Part shown: positions 23,501 through 36,600 of the stretch, piece after piece | Layout: every line of letters starts with the position of its first letter | How positions within the stretch are numbered: the first letter of the stretch is position 1 | Origin: Lytechinus pictus | Lineage: Eukaryota | Assembly: GCF_037042905.1 (NCBI RefSeq) | Contig: NC_087246.1 | Span: forward strand, 10,230,001 to 10,294,000 | DNA: 64,000 bases | Direction of reading: 5' to 3' | Notes under the pieces: model-generated | What the model was told of the DNA's origin: nothing | What the model saw: only the letters and a program-made list of their open reading frames with translations | Databases searched by the model: none | Program-made: the position numbers and the translations under genes

Positions 23501-25373
23501 AGGACGCACACTACTGTGTATCTATCAATAAGATCGCGCATTGCATATCATATACGTGTCGGCATTTAAGTGCGACTTAAGTCATACTTAAAAAGTTAAA
23601 TCTTTGTGAAACACCTTCCAGTACTTGAAAGCTCTCCCCTTTGTCTCTTGCATTTACCAGCTCCAGGGCCCATCTTATATTTGATTTTAGTGTGTAATGT
23701 GCACGTTGTTTACAATGCCTATTCTCTGTGTTTATTTGAAACAGGAAATGCAAGTAGACAACACAGATTATTCACAGTACATTGATGCAAGCAAATTCAG
23801 GGTAAGTTAATTTTTATCTCTATCTATATATGAAAAACTATTGTAATTGATTTTCTCTCCTCGATACTGTAATGTACTCACTTTACATAACATGATTTTT
23901 AATGTTCATTGTTGTCTTGGGAATTTGAAATGTAATCATCATTATGAGTAAAAATTTATAGTAGCATGCTTTTGAAGTCTACATTCACATCCACATGACT
24001 TTTCCTCTCCCCCTCTCTCTTTCTCTCTTCCTCTGTCTAGGCATTCCAAGGAGAAGGTCACAGGTTAGATGGCAAGAAGAAGAATGTAGAATACAAACCT
24101 GTCATTCCTCCTGAAGATATCCCACAGAGGTAGGCATCTAAATCTATCCCATTTTGAAAAAAACAATCTTTTTAAAGAGTCTCTTAATTCACAAAGAAAG
24201 TTTTCAAACTCTGGTTCGAGACCACATTTCATGACAATTAATCCACCAGTCATGCTTGATAATAGCTGAGAAAGGTCCAATTGAGAATACATGCTTTTGT
24301 AAAACGGCCCTAAATTCACACAATATTGACAATTTCTATGTTTTTTTGCACTTCCTTCATGGTGGCTGTAATTGTATTCCAAATTTGTATAAATGACTAT
24401 AAAAGAGTAGTGCACTGAATTTCTCTTATATCCACAGATGACTCAATTTTGTGTCCAAAAGAAATGATTGAATGGCCCCATAGTGCTCTTTGACTTATCA
24501 CATTTGCCAGTTCATTAGCATGTGTATGTTCATGGATGTTACTTTCCTCTTACTATAATTCCACTCAAGAAAACAAATACACTGACCTCTTTTATTCACT
24601 ATTCAGAGGCATCCCAAACTATGATTACAAGAAAGGCACTTTGACGTTCATCAGGAGAATACGACCTTCTGCAGCTAGCAATGGGGTAGGCACGGTAAGT
24701 ATGCAGGGATATGATGGGGGTGATTTAAGATTGTAATATGATTCAATTTTCTCAATTATCCCTAATAATGGGAACCCTGTTCTACAAAAATAATCCAAAA
24801 AATTTGGTCTTGGGTTTTGTGACTGAAGCACAAAGCCTCCATTGGCACCATAAATTACCACACCTTGTGTGCAAAGAGAATAAAGTACAAAATAGATTAT
24901 GAATTTTTGTTTGTCTCTTTGATTGATGTCTTCAGTACTGATTAAATGAAGAAAAAGTAAATACATGTACCACAAAATATGATTTTTTTCTTCTTTTTTT
25001 AGTTGACAATTATTTTTGATAAAGAAAAATGTTGATCCATTCTACCTACATGGTTAACCATTTTTGTTGATGAGAACCAAATTCTAACAAGAGCAGGTCC
25101 GGGCTTGGCCTTATACATATATAGCAATGTAAATTCGGCTCTACGACAAGCCAGTAATAACTCTATACATAAAGAAAAAATATGCAGTCTTTTCCAACAT
25201 CTTCCCTTTTTAATAGTAATGAATAATAATGATATTTATATGGCACATTGTACCGGTGTTTAAAATACAAATCCTTTTATCCTTTTTTCTTTCTATTCTA
25301 GGATGAACCAGACTCATTTGAAGCTTTCAAGGGAGATGGGAAGAAGCTACGCACAAAAACAAGAACAAAATAG
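14540..25373 (+). CDS. UFD1: Ubiquitin recognition factor in ER-associated degradation protein 1 (UFD1/UFD1L, p97/VCP-Npl4 cofactor), 12 coding exons, 308 aa
   Basis: Hand-spliced exons, all phases consistent: 14540-14542 (ATG only, then gtacgt; least certain exon), 18914-19028, 19703-19735, 20466-20587, 21194-21330, 21721-21793, 22520-22588, 23112-23180, 23745-23801, 24041-24129, 24607-24694, 25302-25373 (TAG); 927 nt in total. The translation has the UFD1 hallmarks: [114 protein letters not shown] boxes [12 protein letters not shown] and AFKGDGKKL, and [16 protein letters not shown]. Confidence 0.96.
15859..16276. mobile_element. TAGAC..GTCTA family MITE with 9-bp TSD GTCTGCACC (UFD1 intron 1)
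   Basis: TSD at 15850-15858 and 16277-16285. A paralogous empty site with one GTCTGCACC is present at ~14981-15080. Confidence 0.85.
16727..17160. mobile_element. Degenerate copy of the TAGAC..GTCTA family MITE
   Basis: Direct repeat of 17187-17610 and inverted relative to 15859-16276. One end is eroded and no TSD was found. Confidence 0.7.
17187..17644. mobile_element. TAGAC..GTCAA family MITE with 9-bp TSD GATCTTTAA, inverted relative to 15859-16276
   Basis: TSD at 17178-17186 and 17645-17653. Termini TAGACCAAAAGCTT.. and ..GCTGCCAGCTGTCAA. Confidence 0.85.
21331..21720 (+). other. U12-type (minor spliceosome) GT-AG intron, UFD1 intron 5
   Basis: The 5' splice site GTATCCTTTT at 21331 matches the U12 consensus RTATCCTTT. 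The branch site TTCCTTAAC at 21695-21703 lies ~18 nt before the CAG at 21718-21720, and there is no polypyrimidine tract. Splicing here restores the conserved NPKAV-LEN frame. Confidence 0.95.
23399..23618. mobile_element. Palindromic MITE with CAG TSD (PIF/Harbinger-like), UFD1 intron 8
   Basis: GGGGGTGTTTCACAAAGATTTAAGTATGACTTA.. versus ..TAAGTCATACTTAA..ATCTTTGTGAAACACCTTC, with CAG on both sides. Confidence 0.8.
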
Positions 25374-25455
25374 AGACTAAACATCATACCATAGTTGTGT
25401 ATATTTAACATTTTGCCATGTGGTGTATCAGAATGAGACAAACAGTGGTGATCTG

Positions 25456-25710
25456 GGGCCCGTCTTGCAAAGAGTTGCGATTGATCCGCAACTATTGACG
25501 GCCAGCAACGTCAGAATCTATTGTTTTTTTCAAAATATTTTCTAGCTATGATGTATATTCATGCATTTATTGTTTTCTTGAAAATTCAGTGTGCTTCTCT
25601 TTGGTTACAAAGGACATTGTGCAAATTTCCTGTAGAAAAAAATATGACCCTGGTGGATTTCCACAGTTACGATTTATTGGATTAATCGTAACTCTTTGTA
25701 AGACAGGCCC
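25456..25710. mobile_element. Harbinger-like MITE, CTG TSD, ~80 nt after the UFD1 stop
   Basis: GGGCCCGTCTTGCAAAGAGTTGCGATTGATCC versus GGATTAATCGTAACTCTTTGTAAGACAGGCCC. CTG at 25453-25455 and 25711-25713. Confidence 0.8.
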
Positions 25711-25762
25711 CTGGTATCATGCATGTATCATACTGTAAACAAAACAATTGACCAGAGATCTG

Positions 25763-25919
25763 CGCCCCATAACACAAAGGTTAAGCGATTGATCGCTCAT
25801 TTGAAAGAACAATTCTGATTGGTTCCTTGTCAGACTACTGAGCAAAATGCACATGCAACAATGATCCTGATAGGCCATTTCATTTTGCGATTAATCGCTA
25901 ACCTTTGTTTTACAGGGCC
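25763..25919. mobile_element. Harbinger-like MITE, CTG TSD
   Basis: CGCCCCATAACACAAAGGTTAAGCGATTGATCGC versus GCGATTAATCGCTAACCTTTGTTTTACAGGGCC, with CTG flanks. Confidence 0.75.
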
Positions 25920-26240
25920 CTGGACCCTGTATCACAGAGATGTAATTGATTGTTATTTCACATGGTCTTGATATAACAAGGGGAAACCTCTAGCCTAGGT
26001 TCTTCACTTTCAAATGTCATGTAATAGAATCCTTATGTTACAATGTCATATGAATGGTTCCTATTCCCACTGAAATAACAATTTGACCATACAGCCAGAC
26101 TAGGCAGCCCTCTTCTGTGTTCTTTGAATCTTTGTCGCCTTCAATTAAAAATTCACCCGTTCTTTAAAATTGCAGATTTTGTGTGTCCCAAGAACTATCC
26201 TCATATAAATATTTCAAATGTATATTGTCTGTGAGTCCAG

Positions 26241-26522
26241 GGGGCCGTTTCATAAGGCTGTTTGTAAGTTACGAGTGACTTTGACAACGACTGGTGATCC
26301 TTTCTTGTGGTAAATGATATTCACCATTAAATGTTCATTGGTTATTATTTAGCATGTAAGAAATGTTCACAAACAGCTTTATGATACACCCACCGGGCCA
26401 TGTAACATAAAGGGATGCAATTCAAATTTGCAATTGATAGTAACCTTTTGTACACAGTTGACCACAGACTTATGGTTATTCTTAAATGAACAATTGATTG
26501 TATTTTTTATGTTACAAGGTCA
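26241..26522. mobile_element. Two adjacent degenerate Harbinger-like MITEs (~26241-26393 and ~26396-26522)
   Basis: GGGGCCGTTTCATAAGGCTGTTTGT versus ACAAACAGCTTTATGATACACCC; GGCCATGTAACATAAA versus TTTATGTTACAAGGTC. Confidence 0.55.
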
Positions 26523-28060
26523 TACCCTGCTGGTCCACTTAGGATCAAACTTATATTGTGCATCAACATTTTTTTCTTTGGGATTTGTTTTAATCTCACT
26601 GACCATGATTTCATAAGATCATCATGCATCAATGCCCTTTAATGCTCCTGAAGATGATCATGTCATGTTCAGCCAGTGCTCGGTCTTATGACTGATTTTC
26701 AAACAGGAATTTTTTTTTTTTCACTTCCATACAGTATATAAATCTGACCCATTATACACAAGATCTTCCTCATGATTCATTTCCGTATATGAAAACGTAT
26801 AATGTTCTTCAATAATCATGGCTGGAGTGTTTGTGAAGTGAAATAGAGAAAGAGCGGCAAGTTTGGGTCAGACATACAATAGATTGATTATTTTATAGAA
26901 TTGTCCTTTCCATTTCATTATCCATTTGAATATTAGTACCATGTTTTGTTAAAATATTATTGTAAGTGATTCTGTAAGAAACAGTCAACAGATGAATCAG
27001 CAGATATATAACTTTACATTTTGCTATTTATTAAAACAAATCTTATTCTATCTGACTAAAAGGTAAAATATTGCTAACCAGCAAAAGCATCCTCATTTCT
27101 CACTTATGGCTGTTTGTACCAGACTGTATTATACTTGTCATCCATGGACTTTATTTTTGTGAAGGATATATGTGGGGGGGGGGGGGAGCGGTCATATAAT
27201 GATAATGAAAAGAAACAGAAATTCTTATTTATTTTTGGCTTACTCATTGTGAACTCCTGCATGGGCATGGCTTATATACAGAATTATTTCATCTATTTAT
27301 TTATTTAGTTAATAGTATACTGCTTCTTTATTGATAAGTGTATTTTTATTTCTATAATATAAAATTCCGGTACAATTGTAGTAGGCTTCCGGGGGGGGGG
27401 GGGGGGTGTTTCAGCAACAATTGCTTCAACAGAAAATGTGCACATTGAGCCAAAATCTAACTAACCGAACTTCAAACCTAACCCTAAGTCTAATATGAAT
27501 TCTTTATAAAACATCTGTATAGAAATTAATTCATGAACAATTTTTATAAGGGCGTAGGCAATTAAATGGCAGGGAACATATTTACGATAAGTTATTTAAA
27601 TAAACTATCCAATCACATTTATTTTTCATAACCCTGTTACGTTATGTCAAGCCAACATTTCTGTATTGCACAAGATATTGTCCCTGATTTCCCTGTCATG
27701 AGTCAATGACAGCATGGTCCCCCCCCCCTCCCCACTTTCAAAACTTTTCTACAGCCCCTGATGATATAGATAATTGAGAATCCATTCATATTACACTTAG
27801 TATTGTCAAATTAACAGGTCTTAACATCTTAGTCTTTAAAGCAATATACTTCACCATATTCAAAGAAGATTTATAAACGGTGCAGATATGATTTCTGCCA
27901 TGTTAATGTATTTGTTTTGTAGAATACATGTAAATGTTTATGATAATTATATATGAAAATAGAATTAATGACAATGTAATGGTGTGTTTCTTTCATGTTC
28001 ATTTCATGAGCAATGTGATATGGCAGTTAGCTTTACTGGTCTTTGTTCATTTTAGTTCAG

Positions 28061-28211
28061 GGCCCCATTGCATAAAAGTTACTGTTATGGTGACTTTATC
28101 ATCCAATAATAACTACCATGGCAACAATACTCAACAGCTAATCAAAATCAAGGATTTCATCAAAGTTACCATTGGATGGCAAAAGTAGTTCATTTTTTAT
28201 GCAACTGTGCC
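28061..28211. mobile_element. Harbinger-like MITE, CAG TSD
   Basis: GGCCCCATTGCATAAAA versus TTTTATGCAACTGTGCC. CAG at 28058-28060 and 28212-28214. Confidence 0.7.
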
Positions 28212-28394
28212 CAGATCTTAAATGTTCTCATGTTGGAGTGGATAGGATGTGACATTTAATTCAAAATTAGTATTTTTCACAAAGGATAGTTAATAGCTTT
28301 AGAAAATTAATATATGTATCACAAATTGATGATCCAGTCAAAGAAATATCATTTGTATTGAGAATTGGAGGAAAGAAACTTTTTATACTGGTAT

Positions 28395-30030
28395 GAAGTG
28401 AGACTGAGAAAATGGAAATTAAAGATGAAATAGAGGGATTAATAATGGTTAGAGAAAGAAAGGAATATTGGAGATTTATTGAACATTTTTGGCTAGAAAG
28501 AGGGGGGCAGTGTCATCTTCAAAAGATATGGAATGAGACTGAGAAAGTAACAGATATAAACAGGGGACGAAAAGCGAAATAGAAGGAATTATGAGAGAGG
28601 GGCGGCGGGGCCTTCTTTTAAAGCTCTCGAATGAGACTGAGAAAGTAACATGAGATATAAACAGGGGACTAAAAGCGAAATAGAGAGAAGGAATTGAGAG
28701 AGAGATGACGGGGTAGTCTTTAAAAGAAATGGAATGAGACTGAGAAAGTTAAAATGAGATATAAACGGACTAACAGTGGTGAAATAGAGGGAAGGAATTA
28801 AGAGAGAGGGTGCGGGGTCGTCTTTAAAAGATATCAAATGAGACTGAGAAAGTAACATGAGATATAAACAGGGGACAAAAAGCGAAATAGATAAGGAATT
28901 ATGAGAGAGGGGTGACGGGGTCGTCTTTAAAAGATCTCGAATGAGACTGAGAAAGTAACATGAGATATAAACAGGGGACTAAAAGCGAAATAGAAAAGGA
29001 ATTATGAGAGAGGGGTGACGAGGTCGTCTTTAAAAGATCTCGAATGAGACTGAGAAAGTAACATTAGATATAAACAGGGGACTAAAAGCAAAATAGAGAG
29101 ATGGAATTATGAGAGAGGGGTGACGGGGTCGTCTTTAAAAGATCTCGAATGAGACTGAGAAAGTAACTTGAGATATAAACAGGGGACAAAAAGCGAAATA
29201 GATAAGGAATTATGAGAGAGGGGTGACGGGGTCGTTTTTAAAATATCTCGAATGAGACTGAGAAAGTAACATGAGATATAAACGGGACTAAAAGCGAAAT
29301 AAAAAAGGAATTATGAGAGAGGGGTGACGGGGTCGTCTTTAAAAGATCTCGAATGAGACTGAGAAAGTAACTTGAGATATAAACAGGGGACAAAAAGCGA
29401 AATAGATAAGGAATTATGAGAGAGGGGTGACGGGGTCGTCTTAAGATCTCGAATGAGATTGAGAAAGTAACATGAGATATAAACGGGACTAAAAGCGAAA
29501 TAGAGAGAAGGAATTAAGAGAGGTGACGGGGTAGTCTTTAAAAGAAATGGAATGAGACTGAGAAAGTTATAATGAGATATAAACGGACGAACAGTGTTGA
29601 AATAGAGGGATGAGAGGGAAGGAATTAAGAGAGGGAGAGGGTGCGGGGTCGTCTTTAAAAGATATCGAATGAGACTGAGAAAGTAACATGAGATATAAAC
29701 AGGGGACTAAAAGCGAAATAGAGAGAAGGAATTAAGAGAGAGGTGACGGGGTAGTCTTTAAAAGAAATGGAATGAGACTGAGAAAGTAACATGAGATATA
29801 AACAGGGGACTAAAAGCGAAATAGAGAGAAGGAATTAAGAGAGGTGACGGGGTAGTCTTTAAAAGAAATGGAATGAGACTGAGAAAGTTACATGAGATAT
29901 AAACAGGGGACTAACAGTGGTGAAATTAAAAATAAAAACGAGAGAGGGGCGGGGTGTTCTTCTTTCAGAGAAATTGAATGAGAATGAGAGACAAGCAAGG
30001 ACTAAAAGTGGTGAAATAAAGTTGGATGAG
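28395..30030 (+). repeat. Purine-rich minisatellite, ~103-105-bp unit, ~15 copies
   Basis: Unit GAATGAGACTGAGAAAGTAACATGAGATATAAACAGGGGACTAAAAGCGAAATAGAGAGAAGGAATTATGAGAGAGGGGTGACGGGGTCGTCTTTAAAAGATCTC. Unit starts at 28939, 29042, 29147, etc. Edges are degenerate. Confidence 0.95.
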
Positions 30031-30264
30031 AGAGGGTGTTGTTTAAAAAGCAATGTGTGCATATCATCCCATTCATTAATATTTCATTAATACATGTAGA
30101 TCTTGTAACTGAATATTCATATTCTTAAAACTTGGCGATGTTTCATAAAAGTTATTTAGTAGCAAATGCCCTTGACCAATAATGACAATTTTATATTTCA
30201 GTAGCTTACAATGAGTTTCATTCATTTTAGAAGCAAAACGCATAAAATAAATCTTTCAACGATA

Positions 30265-30640
30265 TCACTGTTCCGATTCGATATCCGTGACGTCACTAGG
30301 TTCCAGTAGCTCCAACCAATAGGAAAGCTTCTTGGACTGGATCCAGCTATGACGATTGTCAAATGTGACGATATCTTTTAGGAGAGAAAAGAATATTAAC
30401 TTGTATTAATAAATCTGTTTCTCAGTAGTGATGGTGGTGGTGGTGGTGGTGATTATGATGATGATGGATGATGATGGATGATGATGATGATGATGACACC
30501 GAGGTTGGAAATGGTACTTTTGATAATGGCGATGGTGAGGGGGATGTAATGACAGTGATGTTATAATAACGATAATGATGTTGGTGGTGGTGATATTGGT
30601 GATGTTGATGGTGGTGGTGATGTTGGTGGTAATGGTGGTA

Positions 30641-30672
<32 letters not shown>

Positions 30673-33600
30673 GGTGATGGTGGTGTTGGTGGTAGTGGTG
30701 GGGATGGAATAGTGTGCTATGTATGAACATTCAGGCATAGCCGACTTTGATTTAATTTCCATATAGGGCCTACATGTAACACTTTAGCAAACAATTTGAA
30801 TTAAGTTTGTTTTCTCTGTCGAAAACAATAATTTCATAATAGACAAAAGTCTACTTACATTTTCCTGGCTCGGTTATCAAGACTTCACCGTTTTCTGGCA
30901 CCATGTGACTGTTGTATTTCTCCAGTTTCAAAATAGCAGTCTTCTTACCATTCGCATCTGCTCTATCAAAGCCGAACTTGATGTCATTGCAGTCTGTCTG
31001 AAACTCATACCTCAGATATTCACGCACAAAAAAAAAATAATAAAGTTGATACGAAATTAACACTAAAAGTTACTTGATACAAATTTTGTTTTTCTTATGT
31101 GGATAGACTGGAATATTGTCAATATTCACAACCAAACAACTAAAAAAGAGAACATTTAAACAGGATGGTCGTTTTAAAGAAGAAAAAATGTAAATCGAAA
31201 AATCATTTTGGACACTCATGGGTTTTTTCCTTACAAACACACACAAAAAAACGTTCACTGTCACCAGCTCCTATATTTATAGATGCTTCCAAGAAAGAAA
31301 AAAAAATTACTGTAGGCCTATATTTTTATAAACCACAAGGCACTGCGTGGAAAAACGGTAAATTTTTGGTCTCAATATCATGACATTGATTGTAGGACGT
31401 ACGTAAGGAGAAATATTTTTCCCACAATTGAAATTCAGCCGTGGAAAAATGTTAAATTGTTAGATAATTTAAAAAATATTTAAAAAAAGGCCCAAACAAT
31501 GTTCATTACAAATTTAGATTCCTACCTTAATACACTGTTAGATTTGTTAACCTGATACTCGAAGGTAACTACCCCTGCTCTGGATACTTGATGAGTCGCC
31601 CAGGTGTGGGGCGGCTCACGGTCTTTCTGGTAGAAGGATGTAGGGATTGCACCTCCAATTTTGATCTAGAAGGGTGAAGTAAAGGAAAAAGAGCATCTAT
31701 TTTGTAAGAATAAGGATATAGGAATCTTTTGAAGATATAGGTTCCTTTATTGACTTGTTATGAATGGATGAACTCTGGTTCAATCACACATATTTCAGTG
31801 TAAACATGGTTAAAGAGAGTTTGTCTTTTCAGAGATGTAAGATTTATACCATGTGTGGGCAATAAAGAGTATACAGTATTTATATTATCATACTGTGTAT
31901 AGTATTTGTTCGGAAAACATACCAAGATCAAGTAGCAAGATATTTGCAGAGGCGTTTTATACCAGAATACTTTCTGTATTTTATTTTGTTAAATCATCAT
32001 GTGCGCTGGGGCTAAATTTAAGAATGTGAGTAATTTTGAAATAAGTTTGAGTGATTGTACATCACCGGGTGTGCAAATCAGGGGCTTGGGCCATGTCTCC
32101 GTCTTCAAAAACAGTTTCCAAACTGAGAAAAATCACAAAGTGAAAGGAAAAAGGTTAAAATATAATATTATTTTCCTAATTATGTCTAAATTCTTCACAA
32201 ATTAGATTTTTTAGTGAAAAGTGTCAAAGTTTTGCTCACTTGCTCTAAGTTTTTTTTAATTGTCCATATGCCGTGCCTGGCCCCCTCAAAAATATTTGCT
32301 CATTTATTACCAGTGAAGTACACATCTCATTTCCATCAGGGTCAGTCTTAGTTCCTCCCCAGTAAACTGGTAGCTGATCAGCGTCGATATGCTTCAATAA
32401 TACCTCCTTCCAATTACCTGAGAGTTTTAGATAAATTCAGAATTTACAAATTAATTACATTTATATTTTCAAACCTACAATCCTCATATCTTTTCTATAC
32501 AAGGAGCAAAATAAATGACAAATGCCTAGGGTATAAGATAATCGTAAGTAATTTTCTTTGATTGGGCTGAAAGCTACATCCGACTAATGTACAGGTATGG
32601 AAGCATATAGTAGTACTAGTCTGGCAATGCAGTGGATACAGGATTGACCAGTCGGGGTGGGGGCACCCTTTTCCCCCAAATTCGGTAAAAAGAACAAAAT
32701 GGCCATCACTCCAATTACCTCCAATCAGCCTTGACTCTCAGGAGGGGGTGCTATTATATTAACACACCTTTTGTGTTGTCTTTAGTCATATATTTTCCTG
32801 GCCGGGGGGGGGGGGCTGGATCTGCTACTTGTCTGTAATGTAAGCTGGTTAATATCACCATATCATGTGAGAGAAAATCTTATTTTTGATCATCATTAAT
32901 GTCATCATTGACATCATAATAGCTATTTTTTATCATTAATAACATCGACATTATATCATGATCAGCACCCACATCATTATACTGATGATTATAACGAATA
33001 TGCTATAGCAGCATACTCATCATTTATCATCATCATCATCATCATCACCCTCACCACGATCATCATTGAAATCTTCAGCATTGTCTATTTCATTATTATC
33101 TTTCACCACCATAACCACCCGACCACCACCATAATCATCAACATCACCCCCAATCACCATCCCCACCACTTCACCTCCATCACAATGTATCACCCACATT
33201 GGCGGCGGAAGCCAAAAAATTAGGGGGGGTCCACCTGAAATTTTGGGATGGACACAGAAAAAAAAATTGACAACCAAAAAAAAAGGTTATCAACCAACAT
33301 TTTAGAGGGGGACCACCAAAATTTTTTGACAAGCAAAAAAAAAATGGGTTGTCAACAAAAAATTTAAGATGGGACAAGACCCCCCCCCCCCGCTTCCGCC
33401 GCCTATGATCACCCACACCAATATGCCTATATATCAATTATTAGGACCATCGCGCCTTCATTTAATCATTGCTATATGTTTCATTGTCAAGATGATTGCC
33501 ATATCTACCATCACTACAAAGACAACTTAACCTTACTTCCTAATATGTGTAGTTTTCTCCGTGTATCTTCCTGTAAGAATGGTTTAAAGATGGTGTAGGC

Positions 33601-36600
33601 CACTGGAAACACCATTGGAGCACGGATGACAAACAAGCGGTGGATAAGCTCGGGATAATGCTGTTCAGCTAATTCAGCCATCTATGGATAATTACAGAAT
33701 TATTATTATGGATCAGATTTTTTCGTAGAATGTTCCCATGAATTATATTAAAATGTATCACTGCATCACGACCTTTTGTGAATTTGTGAGGAACACTTGA
33801 AAACTGCAGTCCGTTTCAAAAACCTAACTCTCATAAGTCATAACGAATATGAAAACTTGCCATCTATGCAACTACCATGCAAACCCTTGTTTTTATCATG
33901 GACCTAGTAGTAGGTCCACGTTTTTATTGACTGTTAAGCTACGTTACTCGAAAGTTACAAGTGGTGAAAGTTGCCTCTTCTTTGTAAAGGTGTTCTTATT
34001 CTATTCATGATATCTCTATTCTTATCTATTCGACTGATATACTAATTTCAATGTTTACGGGGCATGAATCTATAATATATATTTGCATTTACTTTATTAT
34101 ATATTTCATCATTATGAATTTGACTTGATTCTAGTCAGAATTTATAAACAAATTACACAATTGAATCTGCACGATAAATAAAAACATCTTGAAATCATAA
34201 ATCGCAGTATAGAAATTATGTAATTTACCTTGATAAAGATATCAATACCAGGTTTCCATAAATGATGTACACCAAGATTCTCCATGTCAAAAATCATCAA
34301 AGAACCTTCAGTATGCTTTAGCCCTCTCTGACAAAGTAACAAGACAAAAAACATAGGGGATTCCAATAAATCATGAATTGATATATGAATATTGTATTTT
34401 TATAACTGCTCATACCTGGCATTTATGGGGATGTGTTATTTTGCTGGAGAAACGAGGAGAAATACAAAAGACAATCATAATTAATAGTTTGAATTTGAAA
34501 ACGGACCGTCGACGTAATACAAAACCAATCAATGAGGAGGAGGGGACGTGATGATGATAATGATAAAGATTAAAATGGCAATGATAAAGATTAAAATGGC
34601 AATGCTAAAGGTGTAATAATGGAGTCAACTGGTGCCTGCCAAAATTTCCAGTAATATTGATAATATTCAACACTTAGAAAAGCATAATAACATATAGACA
34701 ACTATGTCCGCTAAAATTTAATATGATACTCAATCTAATATTATAATATTTTGGTATCGACTTTCATCGAAACTGTTTATCTACTTGAAATTAAACCAAC
34801 CAATATTGTTGAACTCTTTTCTAGAACATTAATATTTTTTCAAGTACCTGTTCGGATAATTTCTTGTGACAGTCAATCATTTCCTCGAGTGAGTGTGCAT
34901 AGGTCTTTAGGATATCACTGGTCTTAGCTGAATACAATACACCTACAAAATAAAACTTTAGTGCATAATGATGAATCTAATAGATGGTCCACATCGGGTA
35001 CTCGAAGATGTTATTTAGAGGATATTTTTGGTCTTCACTAAATACAGACCAACTATACATAGAATCGTAGAAAACAGATTGCGTCTTATCATATACTGAA
35101 CAGAACAGTTATATCACTATTTTTTTACATTCACCTGCATGAATACAGCATTCATAGTAATTGGTTGTTTTTAGTACACGGGTCTACTATGTCGATCATT
35201 ATGTATTCAAACTTTTTTAGTTCTGTACAGTGAGTAATAACGAAGATATTTTTGATACTGAATGATTATGTTCTGTAGCCTACTCATTCACATATTATAT
35301 ACATTATATATATTCACCAAACAATTTACTAATTATTCGTAAAAACTCTGAAAAAATACGAGCAAATTGCATGTTCGATCAAATTTATCTCATTACAGGG
35401 TCTACCATATACAGTAAACGAATGCATCCCTCTATTAGAAAAACTAAATGGACGTGTACTTAATTATGGTGAAAGTTGATTTCATTTAATTTCCTATACC
35501 TTTTGGATCAAAGTTGCCCATGGGTGATATATAAACAGCATGGCCCTCTTTATCCAAGCCAGATACACCACCACACCAATGCGTTTTCAAAGCCTTGAAA
35601 TAAGAGAGAATGACAGCAATCTCGATGAATAACATTTTTAAAGTGGACAATCTAAAATTGCGACAGATTTTTATAATTAAAAAAAAAATTATGATATTTT
35701 ATCATTTTCTCTTTCATGTCCTTTCTTCTTCTTTTTTCCCCCTTGGTAATGGAACTTTTTTGGGGAGCAGACAAACAGTAGTACCCTCCTCCGGTCCCCA
35801 TCTGTTCGCCATACAGGGCTTAGATTGATGAATTGTTGATTATTCATAACAATTTGGGTGAAATCGCCTGTCTGTTACAAGCTCAATTACTAGACGTTTA
35901 GATATCAGAAATACATCGAGGAGATTTACCTCAGGGACCTGGTATGTTTCTAGAATAGTGCTGACGTTGTTCTCCTTTCTCCATTTGACATCCTAAATAA
36001 AATCATGTAGAAATACATCAGGTTAATCATAGCTAATTAAAAAGATAAAAACTCAAACTTATGAATTCACACATTTACGATGACCATTCACCCAAAACCC
36101 TTTAAGAATAGTGGAGGTGTTATTCAAATGCCATGTTTGTTATTGTTTACAAATCTGGCTCAAGGTTCATTGTCCCTGACTTATTCTTTTCAATACGTCA
36201 AGATAATTCGAATTCGAATTCAAGTTTTTCATTTATTCAATATAAACCTAGTCATTATACATGACACAGTTAACATGTAGTTACATTTGATACAAACAAT
36301 TAAGTAGACAAACAGATTATTATTTTAGTTTAAAACAGTTAAATATAATTGTTATATTAATTCCACTTATGTTACAGTCACACCAACGAGACGTGACCCC
36401 ATACTGACCGATCGTTTGTCATCAGTGTACGGTTGGTTTCGTTTGTGAGACTGCGACATCATGTTGTATGCCACTAGTTTAAATTTCGTTTAACTTACGT
36501 TTCTGAACATCAACTCTGCTTTACCAATGTCAAATTTCCTAGCTGAAGAAATAAATGAATAAAAGTGATTATCGAATATTATTATGATAAAATATTGTAA

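Noticed and set aside
30406-30762. Poly-His / poly-Thr proteins
   Set aside because: (GAT/GGT)n microsatellite inside the last intron of SEC14L paralog A.
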